NCBI GenBank assembly: GCA_938048455.1
Contig: CALIUY010000012.1
Location: forward strand, 154,538-218,537
Direction of reading: 5' to 3'
DNA length: 64,000 nt
From: an uncultured Desulfobacterales bacterium
GTDB taxonomy: Bacteria; Desulfobacterota; Desulfobacteria; Desulfobacterales; SpSt-501
Shown: one piece after another, positions 1 through 9,419 of the stretch
How the letters are laid out: every line of letters begins with the position of its first letter
Position numbering within the stretch: the stretch's first letter is position 1
Translations under genes and position numbers: made by a program
Notes under the pieces: generated by a model
What the model saw: only the letters and a program-made list of their open reading frames with translations
What the model was told of the DNA's origin: nothing
Databases searched by the model: none

Positions 1-219
1 GGGGTTTCGACCCCCTGGGTCAAGGTGAACGTCATCGCCGAGCACGTCTTCTTCAACCACCAACGGCACGTGAACCGCGAGGTCGCCTGCGAGGAATGTC
101 ACGGCGAGGTGAAAGAGCTGCAGCGCCTGCCGCAGAAGCTCTGGAGGATGGGGGAATGCATCACCTGCCACCGGAATCGGAACGCCCAACTGGACTGCTG
201 GCTTTCCTGCCACAACTGA
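1..219 (+). CDS. Multihaem c-type cytochrome, C-terminal fragment (5' end lies outside the window)
   Basis: Frame 1 is open from base 1 to the stop at 217-219. It carries two CxxCH haem-binding motifs (CEECH, CITCH). Confidence 0.7.
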   Translation, partial: GVSTPWVKVNVIAEHVFFNHQRHVNREVACEECHGEVKELQRLPQKLWRMGECITCHRNRNAQLDCWLSCHN

Positions 220-253
220 GGGGCCTCCGATGGAGTCCTGAAAGGAACCGGAC

Positions 254-1633
254 GTGAGCGAAGCCGTAAGCGCCGTCGTGCACGCCGACCGCACGGCACG
301 GGCCTTCGCACTGACTTCGGCCCTGTGGTTCGCCCTGGCGACGAGCTTCGGCATGATCGCCGCGGGCTACCTGATCGCCCCCGACTTTTTGGCGAACGTC
401 GAGTACATTCATTTCGGCCGGGTGCGGCCGATGCATGTGAACGCCGTTCTTTTCGGGTTCGTCACCCCCGGTCTGCTCGCCGCCGCGTTCTACTATGTCC
501 CGCGGCTGCTCCGGGCCCCGCTGTTCAGCGAATCCCTCGGGGTTTTCTCGGCGCTGTTCTGGAACGTCTCGCTTGCCGCCGGGCTGGTCGGCGTTTCGCT
601 GGGCTACAGCCAGGGACGGGAGTACGCCGAGCTGCCCTGGGGAGCCGACCTGTTGATCATCGCCAGCTTCGGCTTGGTGATCGTGAACCTCTTGCTCACC
701 ATCCGGCGGCGAAACGAACCCATCCTTTACGTCTCGATCTGGTATGCAGCGGCGGCGGTCGTGCTCACCGCCTGCACCTACGCCCTCGGCAACGTCGTCT
801 GGAAGCCGGACACCGGTGCGCTCAAGGGCATCCCCGATGCAATCCTGCTCTGGTTTTACGGTCACAACGTCTTCGGACTGCTTCTTTCGCCGCTCGCCTT
901 GGGGGTCGCCTACTACGTTCTGCCGATCGCGACGCGGAGTCCTCTTTACAGCCACACGCTCTCGCTTCTCGGTTTCTGGTCGCTCATCGTCGTCTATACC
1001 CACATCGGCACCCACCACCTGCTCCAGACGCCCGTTCCCACCTGGCTGAAGACCATCTCCATCGTGGACAGCGTCGCCATGGTGATTCCGGTCATGGTCT
1101 TCCTGATCAACATCTGGTACACCGTGAAGGGCAAGCTGGGGGAGATCCATGCGGACATCGGCGCCAAGTTCGTCTTCACCGGGACGATCTACTACTTCTT
1201 CGTGAATCTTCAGGGTTCCATGATGGCCTTGCCCGATGTCCAGCGCATCACCCATTACAACAACTGGGTGGTCGGCCACGCGCACATCGGCGTGTTGGGT
1301 TTCGCGGGCGTGACCGCCCTCGGGGGTCTCTACTTCATCCTGCCGCGCATCACGGGCCGCCCCCTGTTCAGCCGTTATCTCGCCGACCTCCAATACTGGC
1401 TCGTTCTGATCGGCATCACCGGCTTCGCCGTGGTGTTGACCGTCGTCGGCCTGATCCAGGGGCAGGCCTGGTACAACGGCGAAACCCTCTACCGCACGCT
1501 GCCCGAGATCCAGCCTTATTACGTCCTGCGTCTTTCGCTCGGCCTGCTGATCCTCGCCGGGGCCTGGGTGGGCCTCTACAACGTCGTGCGCTCGCTCTAC
1601 TTCCCCCCCCGTGGAGGCGTCCCATGCGCATGA
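254..1633 (+). CDS. ccoN: cbb3-type cytochrome c oxidase subunit I (CcoN)
   Basis: 459-aa polytopic membrane protein with a GTG start. It has haem-copper oxidase His motifs in the CcoN pattern (WFYGHNVFGL, THIGTHHLL, NWVVGHAHIGVLGF). It overlaps the next gene by 10 nt. Confidence 0.9.
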   Translation: MSEAVSAVVHADRTARAFALTSALWFALATSFGMIAAGYLIAPDFLANVEYIHFGRVRPMHVNAVLFGFVTPGLLAAAFYYVPRLLRAPLFSESLGVFSALFWNVSLAAGLVGVSLGYSQGREYAELPWGADLLIIASFGLVIVNLLLTIRRRNEPILYVSIWYAAAAVVLTACTYALGNVVWKPDTGALKGIPDAILLWFYGHNVFGLLLSPLALGVAYYVLPIATRSPLYSHTLSLLGFWSLIVVYTHIGTHHLLQTPVPTWLKTISIVDSVAMVIPVMVFLINIWYTVKGKLGEIHADIGAKFVFTGTIYYFFVNLQGSMMALPDVQRITHYNNWVVGHAHIGVLGFAGVTALGGLYFILPRITGRPLFSRYLADLQYWLVLIGITGFAVVLTVVGLIQGQAWYNGETLYRTLPEIQPYYVLRLSLGLLILAGAWVGLYNVVRSLYFPPRGGVPCA

Positions 1634-2556
1634 CGCCCTCGGTCATTCTCGGCGGGGTGCTCGCGCTGCTGGCGGCGATCGTGGCTACCGTCGTCTATTT
1701 CCCCGCCGTGCAGCAGGACGGAAGCCCTTCGGAGATTTACCGCGAGCGCACGGCCGAGGAAGAGGCGGGCCGCCGCATCTATCTCCAGAACGGCTGCGTA
1801 TACTGCCACAGCCAAGCGATCCGAGCCTTCGACTGGGACATGGGCTCCGAGCGCATCGCCCAGGCGGGCGACTACATCGCCGACGAGCCCATCCAGCTCG
1901 GCTCGCAGCGCACCGGGCCGGATCTCTCCCAGGCGGGCGGAGAGCATCCCGACGACTGGCACATCGCCCACTTCGTCAATCCCCGCTACACCCGACCCAG
2001 TTCGATCATGCCGCCCTTCGCCTGGCTGGGGCCGGAGAGGATCCGGTTGCTTACACGCTACGTGCAGAGCCTCGGCCTGCGGCAGGCCGACCGGCGCATG
2101 GAACGTCAAAACTTCTGGAAGGCCGAATCCGTCCGCGCTTACGAGGCCGGAGTCGAAGCGAACGTGCGCTGGCTTGCGGAACAGGTGCCCCGGGGCTGGC
2201 GCGAGATCCCCAACCCCTATCCCACCTCGGCGGCGAGCCTGCAGCGCGGACAGCGGATCTATCAATATTTTTGCATCGGCTGCCACGGCCCGATCGGCGA
2301 CGGGATGGGCCCGGCGCAACCCTGGATCTACCCTCCGCCCCTCAACTTCACCGTGCTCAAGGGCAGGGAGATCTCGGGCGGCATTCTCTACTACCAGATC
2401 ATGAACGGGATCACGGGCACGGCCATGCCCTATTTCAAACGCGACCTCGAATCCCAGAAGATCTGGGAAGTGGGCGATTACGTGGCGCGGTATTTCATCA
2501 ACCAGAGCGATGCGAACGAAGAACCCCGGGGCATCGACGCTTCCTGGGAACCCTGA
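1624..2556 (+). CDS. ccoO: cbb3 oxidase subunit II (CcoO) fused to a second monohaem cytochrome c domain (CcoO/CcoP-like fusion)
   Basis: ATG at 1624 in the frame of ORF 325..2556. N-terminal TM helix followed by NGCVYCHSQAIR (FixO-type haem site). The C-terminal half has a second CIGCHG site and GTAMPYF (Met ligand region). Confidence 0.85.
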   Translation: MRMTPSVILGGVLALLAAIVATVVYFPAVQQDGSPSEIYRERTAEEEAGRRIYLQNGCVYCHSQAIRAFDWDMGSERIAQAGDYIADEPIQLGSQRTGPDLSQAGGEHPDDWHIAHFVNPRYTRPSSIMPPFAWLGPERIRLLTRYVQSLGLRQADRRMERQNFWKAESVRAYEAGVEANVRWLAEQVPRGWREIPNPYPTSAASLQRGQRIYQYFCIGCHGPIGDGMGPAQPWIYPPPLNFTVLKGREISGGILYYQIMNGITGTAMPYFKRDLESQKIWEVGDYVARYFINQSDANEEPRGIDASWEP

Positions 2557-2588
2557 GCGCGCCGCGGCGCGCGGAGGAACGGCGCAAG

Positions 2589-2855
2589 ATGGTGTTCGCC
2601 TATTTTGTGGCTTACATGGCGATCGGGTTCACGGTCGCGCTGGGGGTGTTCGCCTGGGCGCTTCGGGGCGGTCAGTTCCAGGACCAGCAGCGGGCGCGTT
2701 ATCTTCCTCTGGAGCCGGGGATCCCTCCCGCCCCGCCGCGGCGCTTGACCCGGCGGGCGCGGATCGAGACCGGCGTGCTCTTCGCGCTGGCCTGCGCCGG
2801 GCTCGTCTGCAGCGGCGTGCTCGTTTTCTTTTCGCTCGCCCCCGGAGGCCGTTGA
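2589..2855 (+). CDS. ccoS: CcoS/FixS-like cbb3 oxidase maturation protein with an extra C-terminal TM segment
   Basis: ATG at 2589. N-terminal TM helix followed by WALRGGQFQDQ, resembling the CcoS 'SGQFDD' signature. Sits between ccoO and ccoI. Confidence 0.65.
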   Translation: MVFAYFVAYMAIGFTVALGVFAWALRGGQFQDQQRARYLPLEPGIPPAPPRRLTRRARIETGVLFALACAGLVCSGVLVFFSLAPGGR

Positions 2856-2858
2856 ACC

Positions 2859-3134
2859 ATGCGGATCTTCGATGTCCTCAACCTGCAGCATTTCGTTCTC
2901 TACCTCTTTCCGGCGCTTGCCTTCGTTTTGCTCTTCGCCCTCGCGCTCGGCTTCCACCACCTGGATCGACCGGGGGCGGAAGAGCGGCGGGAGCGGATCA
3001 TCGAGCGCTATCCCGGCGGCATCGAGGGCCGAAACGCCCCGTTTCCCTTCGTCTTGGTGCTGATCGTGGCGGGCACCGTACTTTGGTGTCTGCTCTACAT
3101 CGTCGGCATCGGCGTCGCTAAGGTGCGGATATGA
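2859..3134 (+). CDS. Small two-TM membrane protein, uncharacterised (in the cbb3 operon)
   Basis: ATG at 2859 with GGAGG 11 nt upstream. Two hydrophobic helices. Its stop overlaps the next start (ATGA at 3131-3134). Confidence 0.6.
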   Translation: MRIFDVLNLQHFVLYLFPALAFVLLFALALGFHHLDRPGAEERRERIIERYPGGIEGRNAPFPFVLVLIVAGTVLWCLLYIVGIGVAKVRI

Positions 3135-3403
3135 ATGAGGTCCGCGAAGAACACGGCTCCCCCGCGCGCAGCGTCGGCATCGTGGCCGCGCTGGTCGCGC
3201 TCGTCTTCTTCCAGGGGTGGCTCGCCTGGTTTTGGATCGGGGATCTCGGTCCACCCGACTGGGACTACCGGCCGGTCCCCGATGTCCCCGGCGAGTCCGC
3301 CTACGCCATGTACCCGCCGCTGCCCTATCCCCAGCATGTCCGCGGCCTGCAAAACGAGGAAGCCTATGCGCAGGGGATCTTGAAAGCCCCGGAGGAGCGG
3401 TGA
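3131..3403 (+). CDS. Small single-TM membrane protein, uncharacterised (in the cbb3 operon)
   Basis: ATG at 3131, one TM helix (VGIVAALVALVFFQGWLAWFWIG), Pro/Tyr-rich tail. Its stop overlaps the GTG start of the next gene (3400-3403). Confidence 0.55.
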   Translation: MNEVREEHGSPARSVGIVAALVALVFFQGWLAWFWIGDLGPPDWDYRPVPDVPGESAYAMYPPLPYPQHVRGLQNEEAYAQGILKAPEER

Positions 3404-3918
3404 AGAAATTCGGATCGGCCCTGGCCCTGGTCTTCGTCGTCGTACTGGGGGCCTATCAGGCCCTGATCTTCTACGACAACAATTTCCGCTACGGCCGCAT
3501 GCGCGAGACCCCGGCCATCAAGCCCCACGAGGAGCCCCTTCTGCCGATGGAGGCGGGGGTCGTGCCGCTAGCGGGCGGGGACGGATTGCTGCGGCTGACG
3601 CCTGTCGAGGAGCTCTCCCCCCCGTTTGCGCTTGACGATCCCGCCCGCCGTGAGCGCGGGCGGGCCGTCTATTTCACCTTTTGTGCCCAGTGCCACGGAC
3701 CGCACTACGACGGGCAGGGCACGGTGGGGCAGAGTTTTGCGCCGCTTCCGACCGATTTGCGCTCGGCGGTCGTCCAGGGAAAGCCCGCGGCAGAGCTGTT
3801 CCGCACCGTGAGTTACGGAATTCCCGGAGGACGCCAGCCGGCGCTCGACACCACGATTCCGATCGCCGACCGCTGGAGCGTCGTCGCGTTTATCGGCTCT
3901 TTGGGGCCGCGGCCCTAA
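3400..3918 (+). CDS. Membrane-anchored monohaem cytochrome c
   Basis: GTG at 3400 in the frame of ORF 3217..3918. N-terminal TM anchor and a single CAQCHG haem motif. Confidence 0.75.
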   Translation: MKKFGSALALVFVVVLGAYQALIFYDNNFRYGRMRETPAIKPHEEPLLPMEAGVVPLAGGDGLLRLTPVEELSPPFALDDPARRERGRAVYFTFCAQCHGPHYDGQGTVGQSFAPLPTDLRSAVVQGKPAAELFRTVSYGIPGGRQPALDTTIPIADRWSVVAFIGSLGPRP

Positions 3919-3943
3919 TCCAAACCTTACACGGCGATCTCCC

Positions 3944-6457
3944 ATGCCCAGAGCGCGGCTCGAACCCCTTCCCCGAAAGCTCACGCTCCGTTCCTGCGAC
4001 CTCTGCGGTCTGCCGGTCCGCGCCGAGGGCTTCGAGTTCGCCTCCGCCGGCCGGAGCTTTTCTTTCTGCTGCCGCGGCTGCCGCCAGGTCTTCCGCATTC
4101 TCCTTCAGGCCGCCGGCTCCCCGGATCCGGAGGCCTTCCGCAAAAGCGAGCTTTTCCGCCGCTGCCGGGAAAGCGGCATCCTGCCCTCCTCGCCGGAGCC
4201 AGCGCCGGCGGAGGCCGAACCCTTGCCGCCGACCGATGCCGGGGATTCGCCGTCCTCCGGCCTGACGCTCACGCTCGCCGTGGAGCGCATGGTGTGTCCG
4301 GCCTGCGCCTGGCTGATCGAAACCGTGCTCGCCCGCCTGCCCGGAGTTCTTTCGGCTTCCTGCGCTTTCGCCACCGACCGCTTGAAGGTGATCTACGATC
4401 CGACGAGACTCTCTCCGCGACGGATCGGCGAACTGCTGGCTTCCTACGGTTACCCCGTGCGGCCGGCCGCCGAGGAGCGACCCGCCTCGCGGACGCAGCC
4501 GGAATGGCTGCGCTTCGGGGTTGCGGCCTTTCTCGCCATGAACGTGATGATGCTCTCGGCCGCCCTTTATTTCGGCTTTTTTACCGCGCTTCCGGCCGAT
4601 TCGGTGGCGAGCCTCTCCTGGCCCATGGCCGTCATGGCGACGGTGGTGCTCGCCTGGGGCGGCAGGGACATTTTCCGGCGGGCGCTGCAGGGAGCCCGAC
4701 GCGGGCTCCCCGGCATGGATTGCCTGATCGCCGTCGGGGCGCTCAGCGCTTTCGGCTACAGCCTGGTCGAATTCGCTGCGGGGGGAATCCACCTCTATTT
4801 CGACACGGCCTGCATGCTGGTGACGCTTGCGCTGCTCGGGCGTCTGCTCGAGCGGCAGGCGCGGGATCGGGTTCTCGAAGAGATGGAGTCCTTTCTCCAT
4901 TTATCCCCCTCCAAGGTCCAGATCGTTCACGAACGATTTCCCGAAGGGCGCTATGTGTCCGCCGAAAGGCTCGCCCCGGGCGATCTGTTCCGCGTCGAGG
5001 AGGGGGAGGTGATCGCCGCCGACGGGACCGTCGTGGGCGGCGCGGGGCTGGTGGACGAGGCGATGATCACCGGGGAGCCCGGACGCCAGGCGCGCAAACC
5101 CGGCGACCCCGTGCGCAGCGGAAGCCGGCTGCACTCCGGGACGCTCACGGTGCTGGCGGAACACGTGGGGGAGGAGAGCCTGCTCGGGCGGATGATCGCC
5201 GTCGTGCAGGAGTCGCTGGCGGGCAAGACGGATCTCGAGGGCGCCGCCGACCGCATCCTGCCCTGGTTTGTGCCCGGGGTGCTGCTGCTGGCGGCCGGGA
5301 CCGCCGGCTGGGGGCTCTTTTCCGGTCAGGCGGCGGCGCAGGCACTGATGCGCGCGATCACCGTTTGCGTGATCGCCTGCCCGTGCGCTCTGGGCATCGC
5401 CGTCCCGCTGGCGCGGGCCGCGGCGATCGCCCTCGCCGTCCGCAAGGGGTTTCTCGTCCGCCGCGCGCAGGCCTTCGGAAACGCCGGCCGCATCCACACG
5501 GTGGTCTTCGACAAGACCGGCACCCTCACGGAGGGGGCCTGGAAGCTCCTCGAAATCATCCCCCTGGGCGGCCTGCCTGCCGACACGGCCCTGGCTCTCG
5601 CCGCCGGTCTCGAACAGCGCGGCGATCATCCCGTGGCGCTCGAGCTCCGGCGCGAAGCCCAGGACCGGCGTCTGCGCCCCGAGCGCGTCGCCGTCGTGCA
5701 GGCCGAGGAAAACGGGATCTCCGGCTTGTGGCGGGGCGGCGAGGTGAAGATCGGCTCGGCGGAGTTCCTGGCCGAGGAGATCTCCGCGATCCGACCGGGG
5801 ATCGAAGGCCGGGGCGGCTCCGCGGAAGGTCGCTCGCTGGTCTACCTGAGCGCAGGGGGACGGCCGGCGGCCCTCTTCGTCTTCGGCGACGAGCTGCGGC
5901 CGGGGGCCGCGGAGGCGGTCGCCGCGCTGCGACGGCGGGGGCTGGCGGTCGCCCTGGTCTCCGGGGATGGGGAGACGACGACGGCCGCCGTGGCGCGCCG
6001 GGTCGGAATCCCGGAGGCCCGCGGCGGGCTGCTTCCCGCGGACAAGGAGCGCTTCGTCGCCGATCTGCGCCGCCGCGGCCAGAGGGTTGCCGTGGTGGGG
6101 GACGGCGTGAACGACGCCCCGGCGCTTGCGCGCGCGGATCTCGCCCTGGCGCTCTTCGGCGGCGGGCCGCTCGGCCGGGAGGTGGCCGACGTGACCCTCA
6201 TGCAGCCCGATCCGCGCGGGGTTCCGGCTTTTCTCGATTTCGCCCGCAGCGTCGAGCGGACGATCCGCCGCAACCTGCTCTTGACCCTCGGCTACAACAC
6301 CGTCGGGATCCCGCTGGCGATGAGCGGTCTGCTCTCCCCCCTGGTCGCCGCCGGCGCGATGCTGTTGAGCAGTCTGAGCGTGATCGGCAGCACCTGGCTC
6401 TTCGTGCGCTCCGCTTCCCGCCCCGCTCCCGCCGGCGCCCTTCAATCCCCGAGGTAG
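3944..6457 (+). CDS. ccoI: Copper-translocating P1B-type ATPase (CcoI/FixI-type)
   Basis: 837 aa. N-terminal Cys-rich segment plus an HMA-like CPAC. Motifs TGEP, CPC (VIACPCALG), DKTGTLT and GDGVNDAPAL. Located in the cbb3 cluster. Confidence 0.9.
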   Translation: MPRARLEPLPRKLTLRSCDLCGLPVRAEGFEFASAGRSFSFCCRGCRQVFRILLQAAGSPDPEAFRKSELFRRCRESGILPSSPEPAPAEAEPLPPTDAGDSPSSGLTLTLAVERMVCPACAWLIETVLARLPGVLSASCAFATDRLKVIYDPTRLSPRRIGELLASYGYPVRPAAEERPASRTQPEWLRFGVAAFLAMNVMMLSAALYFGFFTALPADSVASLSWPMAVMATVVLAWGGRDIFRRALQGARRGLPGMDCLIAVGALSAFGYSLVEFAAGGIHLYFDTACMLVTLALLGRLLERQARDRVLEEMESFLHLSPSKVQIVHERFPEGRYVSAERLAPGDLFRVEEGEVIAADGTVVGGAGLVDEAMITGEPGRQARKPGDPVRSGSRLHSGTLTVLAEHVGEESLLGRMIAVVQESLAGKTDLEGAADRILPWFVPGVLLLAAGTAGWGLFSGQAAAQALMRAITVCVIACPCALGIAVPLARAAAIALAVRKGFLVRRAQAFGNAGRIHTVVFDKTGTLTEGAWKLLEIIPLGGLPADTALALAAGLEQRGDHPVALELRREAQDRRLRPERVAVVQAEENGISGLWRGGEVKIGSAEFLAEEISAIRPGIEGRGGSAEGRSLVYLSAGGRPAALFVFGDELRPGAAEAVAALRRRGLAVALVSGDGETTTAAVARRVGIPEARGGLLPADKERFVADLRRRGQRVAVVGDGVNDAPALARADLALALFGGGPLGREVADVTLMQPDPRGVPAFLDFARSVERTIRRNLLLTLGYNTVGIPLAMSGLLSPLVAAGAMLLSSLSVIGSTWLFVRSASRPAPAGALQSPR

Positions 6458-7281
6458 GTCCGGAACCAGGAGAGGCAGCGCGCCCAGGCGTCCCGGGCTT
6501 CGTTTTCGCGGTAGCTCGGGCGGTAGTCCGCATGGAAGGCATGGGGGGCGTGCTCGTAGATCACGAATTCGGCCGTTCTCCCGGCGGCCTTCAAAGCGGC
6601 CTCGAGTTTGCGGACGTCGTCGAGGGGGATGCCGAGATCGGCGCCGCCGTAGAGGCCGAGGAGCGGGGCGCGGATCGCCCCCGCCACCTCGAGCGGTCCC
6701 TGGGAGCGGACCCCCGGCGTGAGGGGCGGCCGGATCTGGCCGTACCAGACGACCGCGGCGCGCACCGCGGGGCTGCGCGCGGCGAAGAGCAGTGTGTAGA
6801 GCCCGCCGCGGCAGAAGCCGGTCACCCCGATGCGGTCGCTGCGGGCCTCGTGCCGAGCCTTCACCCAGGCGACGAGGGCCTCGAGATCGCCCATGACCTG
6901 CTCGTCGGGGACGGCGTTCACGATCGAAAGCAGCCGGTTGCGGTCCTCGATCGTGAGCACCCCGCCCGTGCGCGCATAAGGCTCGAAGGTGAGGGCGAAA
7001 TATCCTCGGCGGGCGAAACGGCGCACCACATCCTGGATGTACTCGTGCATGCCCCAGATTTCGGGGATGACGAGGATCCCCGGGAAGGGTCCGCCGGCCT
7101 GTGGACACGCGGCGTAAAGCGGAACCGGAAAGTCCCCGGAAGATGCGGTTTCCCGAAGCTCCCGCAGGCCGTCGGTGGGGGTGCGCAGGATCTCGCCTTC
7201 GACCGCCTGCGCGGCGCGCGCCAAACCGGTCAGGGACGCGCCCGCGGCCGCCATCTGAGACAAAAACTGGCGGCGCGACAT
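6442..7281 (-). CDS. Dienelactone hydrolase family protein with a twin-arginine signal
   Basis: Start chosen at MSRRQFLSQMAAAGASL (Tat motif SRRQFL). Cys nucleophile motif VTGFCRGG. The ORF track extends to 7551, but that upstream part is Arg-rich and unlikely to be coding. Confidence 0.8.
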   Translation of the reverse strand: MSRRQFLSQMAAAGASLTGLARAAQAVEGEILRTPTDGLRELRETASSGDFPVPLYAACPQAGGPFPGILVIPEIWGMHEYIQDVVRRFARRGYFALTFEPYARTGGVLTIEDRNRLLSIVNAVPDEQVMGDLEALVAWVKARHEARSDRIGVTGFCRGGLYTLLFAARSPAVRAAVVWYGQIRPPLTPGVRSQGPLEVAGAIRAPLLGLYGGADLGIPLDDVRKLEAALKAAGRTAEFVIYEHAPHAFHADYRPSYRENEARDAWARCLSWFRTYLGD

Positions 7282-7434
7282 GCCCGCATAGGCGTTGGCG
7301 ATCCAATCCTTTTCGTATTCCACGGGATCCCTCCAAGGGTTGCGCTGAACGGTTCGGGGCTTCTCGCGCCATAGCGCGGATCGGAGTCCCTCGCAACGGG
7401 CAATCCGCCCCATGAGCGTGCGCCGCCTTCGGGT

Positions 7435-7463
7435 TTGCAAGTTTCTACCCCTTGTCCTATTGT
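7435..7463 (+). promoter_or_regulatory. Candidate sigma70-type promoter upstream of ftsH
   Basis: TTGCAA, 17-nt spacer, TATTGT; about 75 nt upstream of the ftsH ATG. Confidence 0.4.
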
Positions 7464-7539
7464 TCCGGCTGCGATCATCCCCACATACCCCGCGACCGCC
7501 CCGACCGGCGGCGGGATCCGGCATCGGAGGAACGGGAGG

Positions 7540-9414
7540 ATGGAAAAGCATCAGAAATTTTCCATGTGGTATGTGCTGCTCGGGATCTGGGTGGTGCTGA
7601 TCATCCAGAACGCGCTTTTTTCGGTCCTCTCGGTCAAGACCATCCCCTACAGCGAATTTCTCAAGGCCCTGGACGAGGGCCGGGTGAGCGAGGTCGCCGT
7701 CAGCGCGAACATCATCCAGGGACGGCTGCGGGACGGCCGCTCGGGTGTCGGGGCGGGGGAGCTCTTCCGTACCGTGCGCGTCGACCCCGACATCGCGCAG
7801 ATGCTCGCCGGGCGCGAGGTCGTCTTCAAAGGCGAGGTCGAGTCCACTTTCCTGCGCGACCTCATGTCGTGGGTGATCCCGATCTTTCTCTTCGTCGGCG
7901 TGTGGTATTTTCTCATCAAGCGCATGCAGGGGCAGCAGCCGGGCTTCATGTCCCTCGGCAAGAACAAGGCCAAGATCTACATGGAAAACGAGGTCGGAGT
8001 GCGCTTCGAGGACGTCGCCGGCGTGGACGAGGCGAAGCAGGAGCTGCAGGAGGTGGTCGAGTTCCTCAAAGAGCCGCAGCGCTACACCCGGGTCGGGGGG
8101 AAGATGCCGCGGGGGGTCCTCCTCGTCGGTCCGCCCGGTACGGGCAAGACGATGCTCGCCAAGGCGGTCGCGGGCGAAAGCGGGGTGCCCTTCTTCAGCA
8201 TGAGCGGCTCGGAGTTCGTGGAGATGTTCGTCGGGCTCGGGGCCGCGCGGGTGCGGGACCTCTTCACCCAGGCCAAAGCCAAGGCCCCTTGCATCATCTT
8301 TATCGACGAGCTCGATGCGCTCGGCAAGGCCCGCGGCTTCGGCACTTTAGGCGGTCACGACGAACGCGAGCAGACGCTCAATCAGCTTCTCGTCGAAATG
8401 GACGGTTTCGACCCGCAGGTGGGGGTCATCCTGCTCGCCGCCACCAACCGTCCCGAGATTCTCGATCCGGCGCTTTTGCGTCCCGGCCGCTTCGACCGTC
8501 AGGTGCTCGTCGATCGCCCCGACCGCAAGGGCCGCGAGGCCATCCTCAGGGTTCATCTGAAGAAAATCCGCTACGACGAGACGGTGGACATCGAAACCCT
8601 CGCCAACATGACCCCCGGGATGGTGGGGGCCGATCTCGCCAACATCGTCAACGAGGCGGCGCTGCTCGCCGTGCGCCGCGGCAAGGAGGCGGCGGGCATG
8701 GCCGAGTTCCAGGAGGCCGTCGAGCGCGTGATCGCGGGCTTGGAAAAGAAAAACCGCGTGATCAACCCGCGCGAGAAGCGCATCGTCGCCTACCACGAGC
8801 TCGGCCATGCGATCGTGGCCATGAGCCTCCCCGGCACCGATCCCGTGCAGAAGATCACGGTCATCCCGCGGGGCATCGCCGCGCTGGGGTACACCATGCA
8901 GGTTCCGACCGAGGACCGTTTCCTGATGAGCAAGAGCGAGCTCGAAAACAAGATCGCCACCCTGCTCGGCGGCCGCGCGGCCGAGGAGCTGGTGATCGGC
9001 GACATCTCCACCGGGGCGCACAACGATCTTTCGCGGGCGACCGACATCGCCCGCAGCATGGTCAAGGAATACGGCATGGGCTCGATCGGGCAGGTCTATT
9101 ACGCCTCCCAGCGCCGCGCCCAGTTCCTCAATGCGATCCCCGAGCCCCGCGGCGAGTACAGCGAGGCGACCGCCGAGCAGATCGACCGCGAGGTGAACGA
9201 GATCATCGGCCGCCAGTACGAGCGCGCCCTCGAGATCCTGCGGCGCAAGCGGCCTATCCTGGAGCGTTCGGTGGATCTCCTGCTCGAAAAGGAAACGATC
9301 GCCGGCGAGGAGCTGAAGGCCCTTCTGGAAGAGGTCGGCGGCGGATCGGGACCGCCGGAGGCCCCGGACGCAGACGCGCAGACCGCCCCGGCCCCGGCGC
9401 AGAGGCCGGCGTAG
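7540..9414 (+). CDS. ftsH: ATP-dependent zinc metalloprotease FtsH
   Basis: ATG at 7540 preceded by GGAGGA. N-terminal TM helices, Walker A GPPGTGKT, and the HELGHA zinc site. Confidence 0.95.
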   Translation: MEKHQKFSMWYVLLGIWVVLIIQNALFSVLSVKTIPYSEFLKALDEGRVSEVAVSANIIQGRLRDGRSGVGAGELFRTVRVDPDIAQMLAGREVVFKGEVESTFLRDLMSWVIPIFLFVGVWYFLIKRMQGQQPGFMSLGKNKAKIYMENEVGVRFEDVAGVDEAKQELQEVVEFLKEPQRYTRVGGKMPRGVLLVGPPGTGKTMLAKAVAGESGVPFFSMSGSEFVEMFVGLGAARVRDLFTQAKAKAPCIIFIDELDALGKARGFGTLGGHDEREQTLNQLLVEMDGFDPQVGVILLAATNRPEILDPALLRPGRFDRQVLVDRPDRKGREAILRVHLKKIRYDETVDIETLANMTPGMVGADLANIVNEAALLAVRRGKEAAGMAEFQEAVERVIAGLEKKNRVINPREKRIVAYHELGHAIVAMSLPGTDPVQKITVIPRGIAALGYTMQVPTEDRFLMSKSELENKIATLLGGRAAEELVIGDISTGAHNDLSRATDIARSMVKEYGMGSIGQVYYASQRRAQFLNAIPEPRGEYSEATAEQIDREVNEIIGRQYERALEILRRKRPILERSVDLLLEKETIAGEELKALLEEVGGGSGPPEAPDADAQTAPAPAQRPA

Positions 9415-9419
9415 GCGCC

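Noticed and set aside
325-1623. 5' part of ORF 325..2556 and similar long alternative frames (1611..2588, 7452..9419, 61835..62806)
   Set aside because: Each long ORF is real only in its 3' segment (ccoO, ccoS-like, ubiE, ubiG). The 5' parts are out-of-frame read-through across other confirmed genes.
4294-7396. 1026-aa plus-strand and 831-aa minus-strand ORFs overlapping ccoI and the dienelactone hydrolase
   Set aside because: These are off-frame and antisense shadows of strongly supported genes. Their composition is low-complexity and Arg/Pro/Gly-dominated, with no recognisable motifs.
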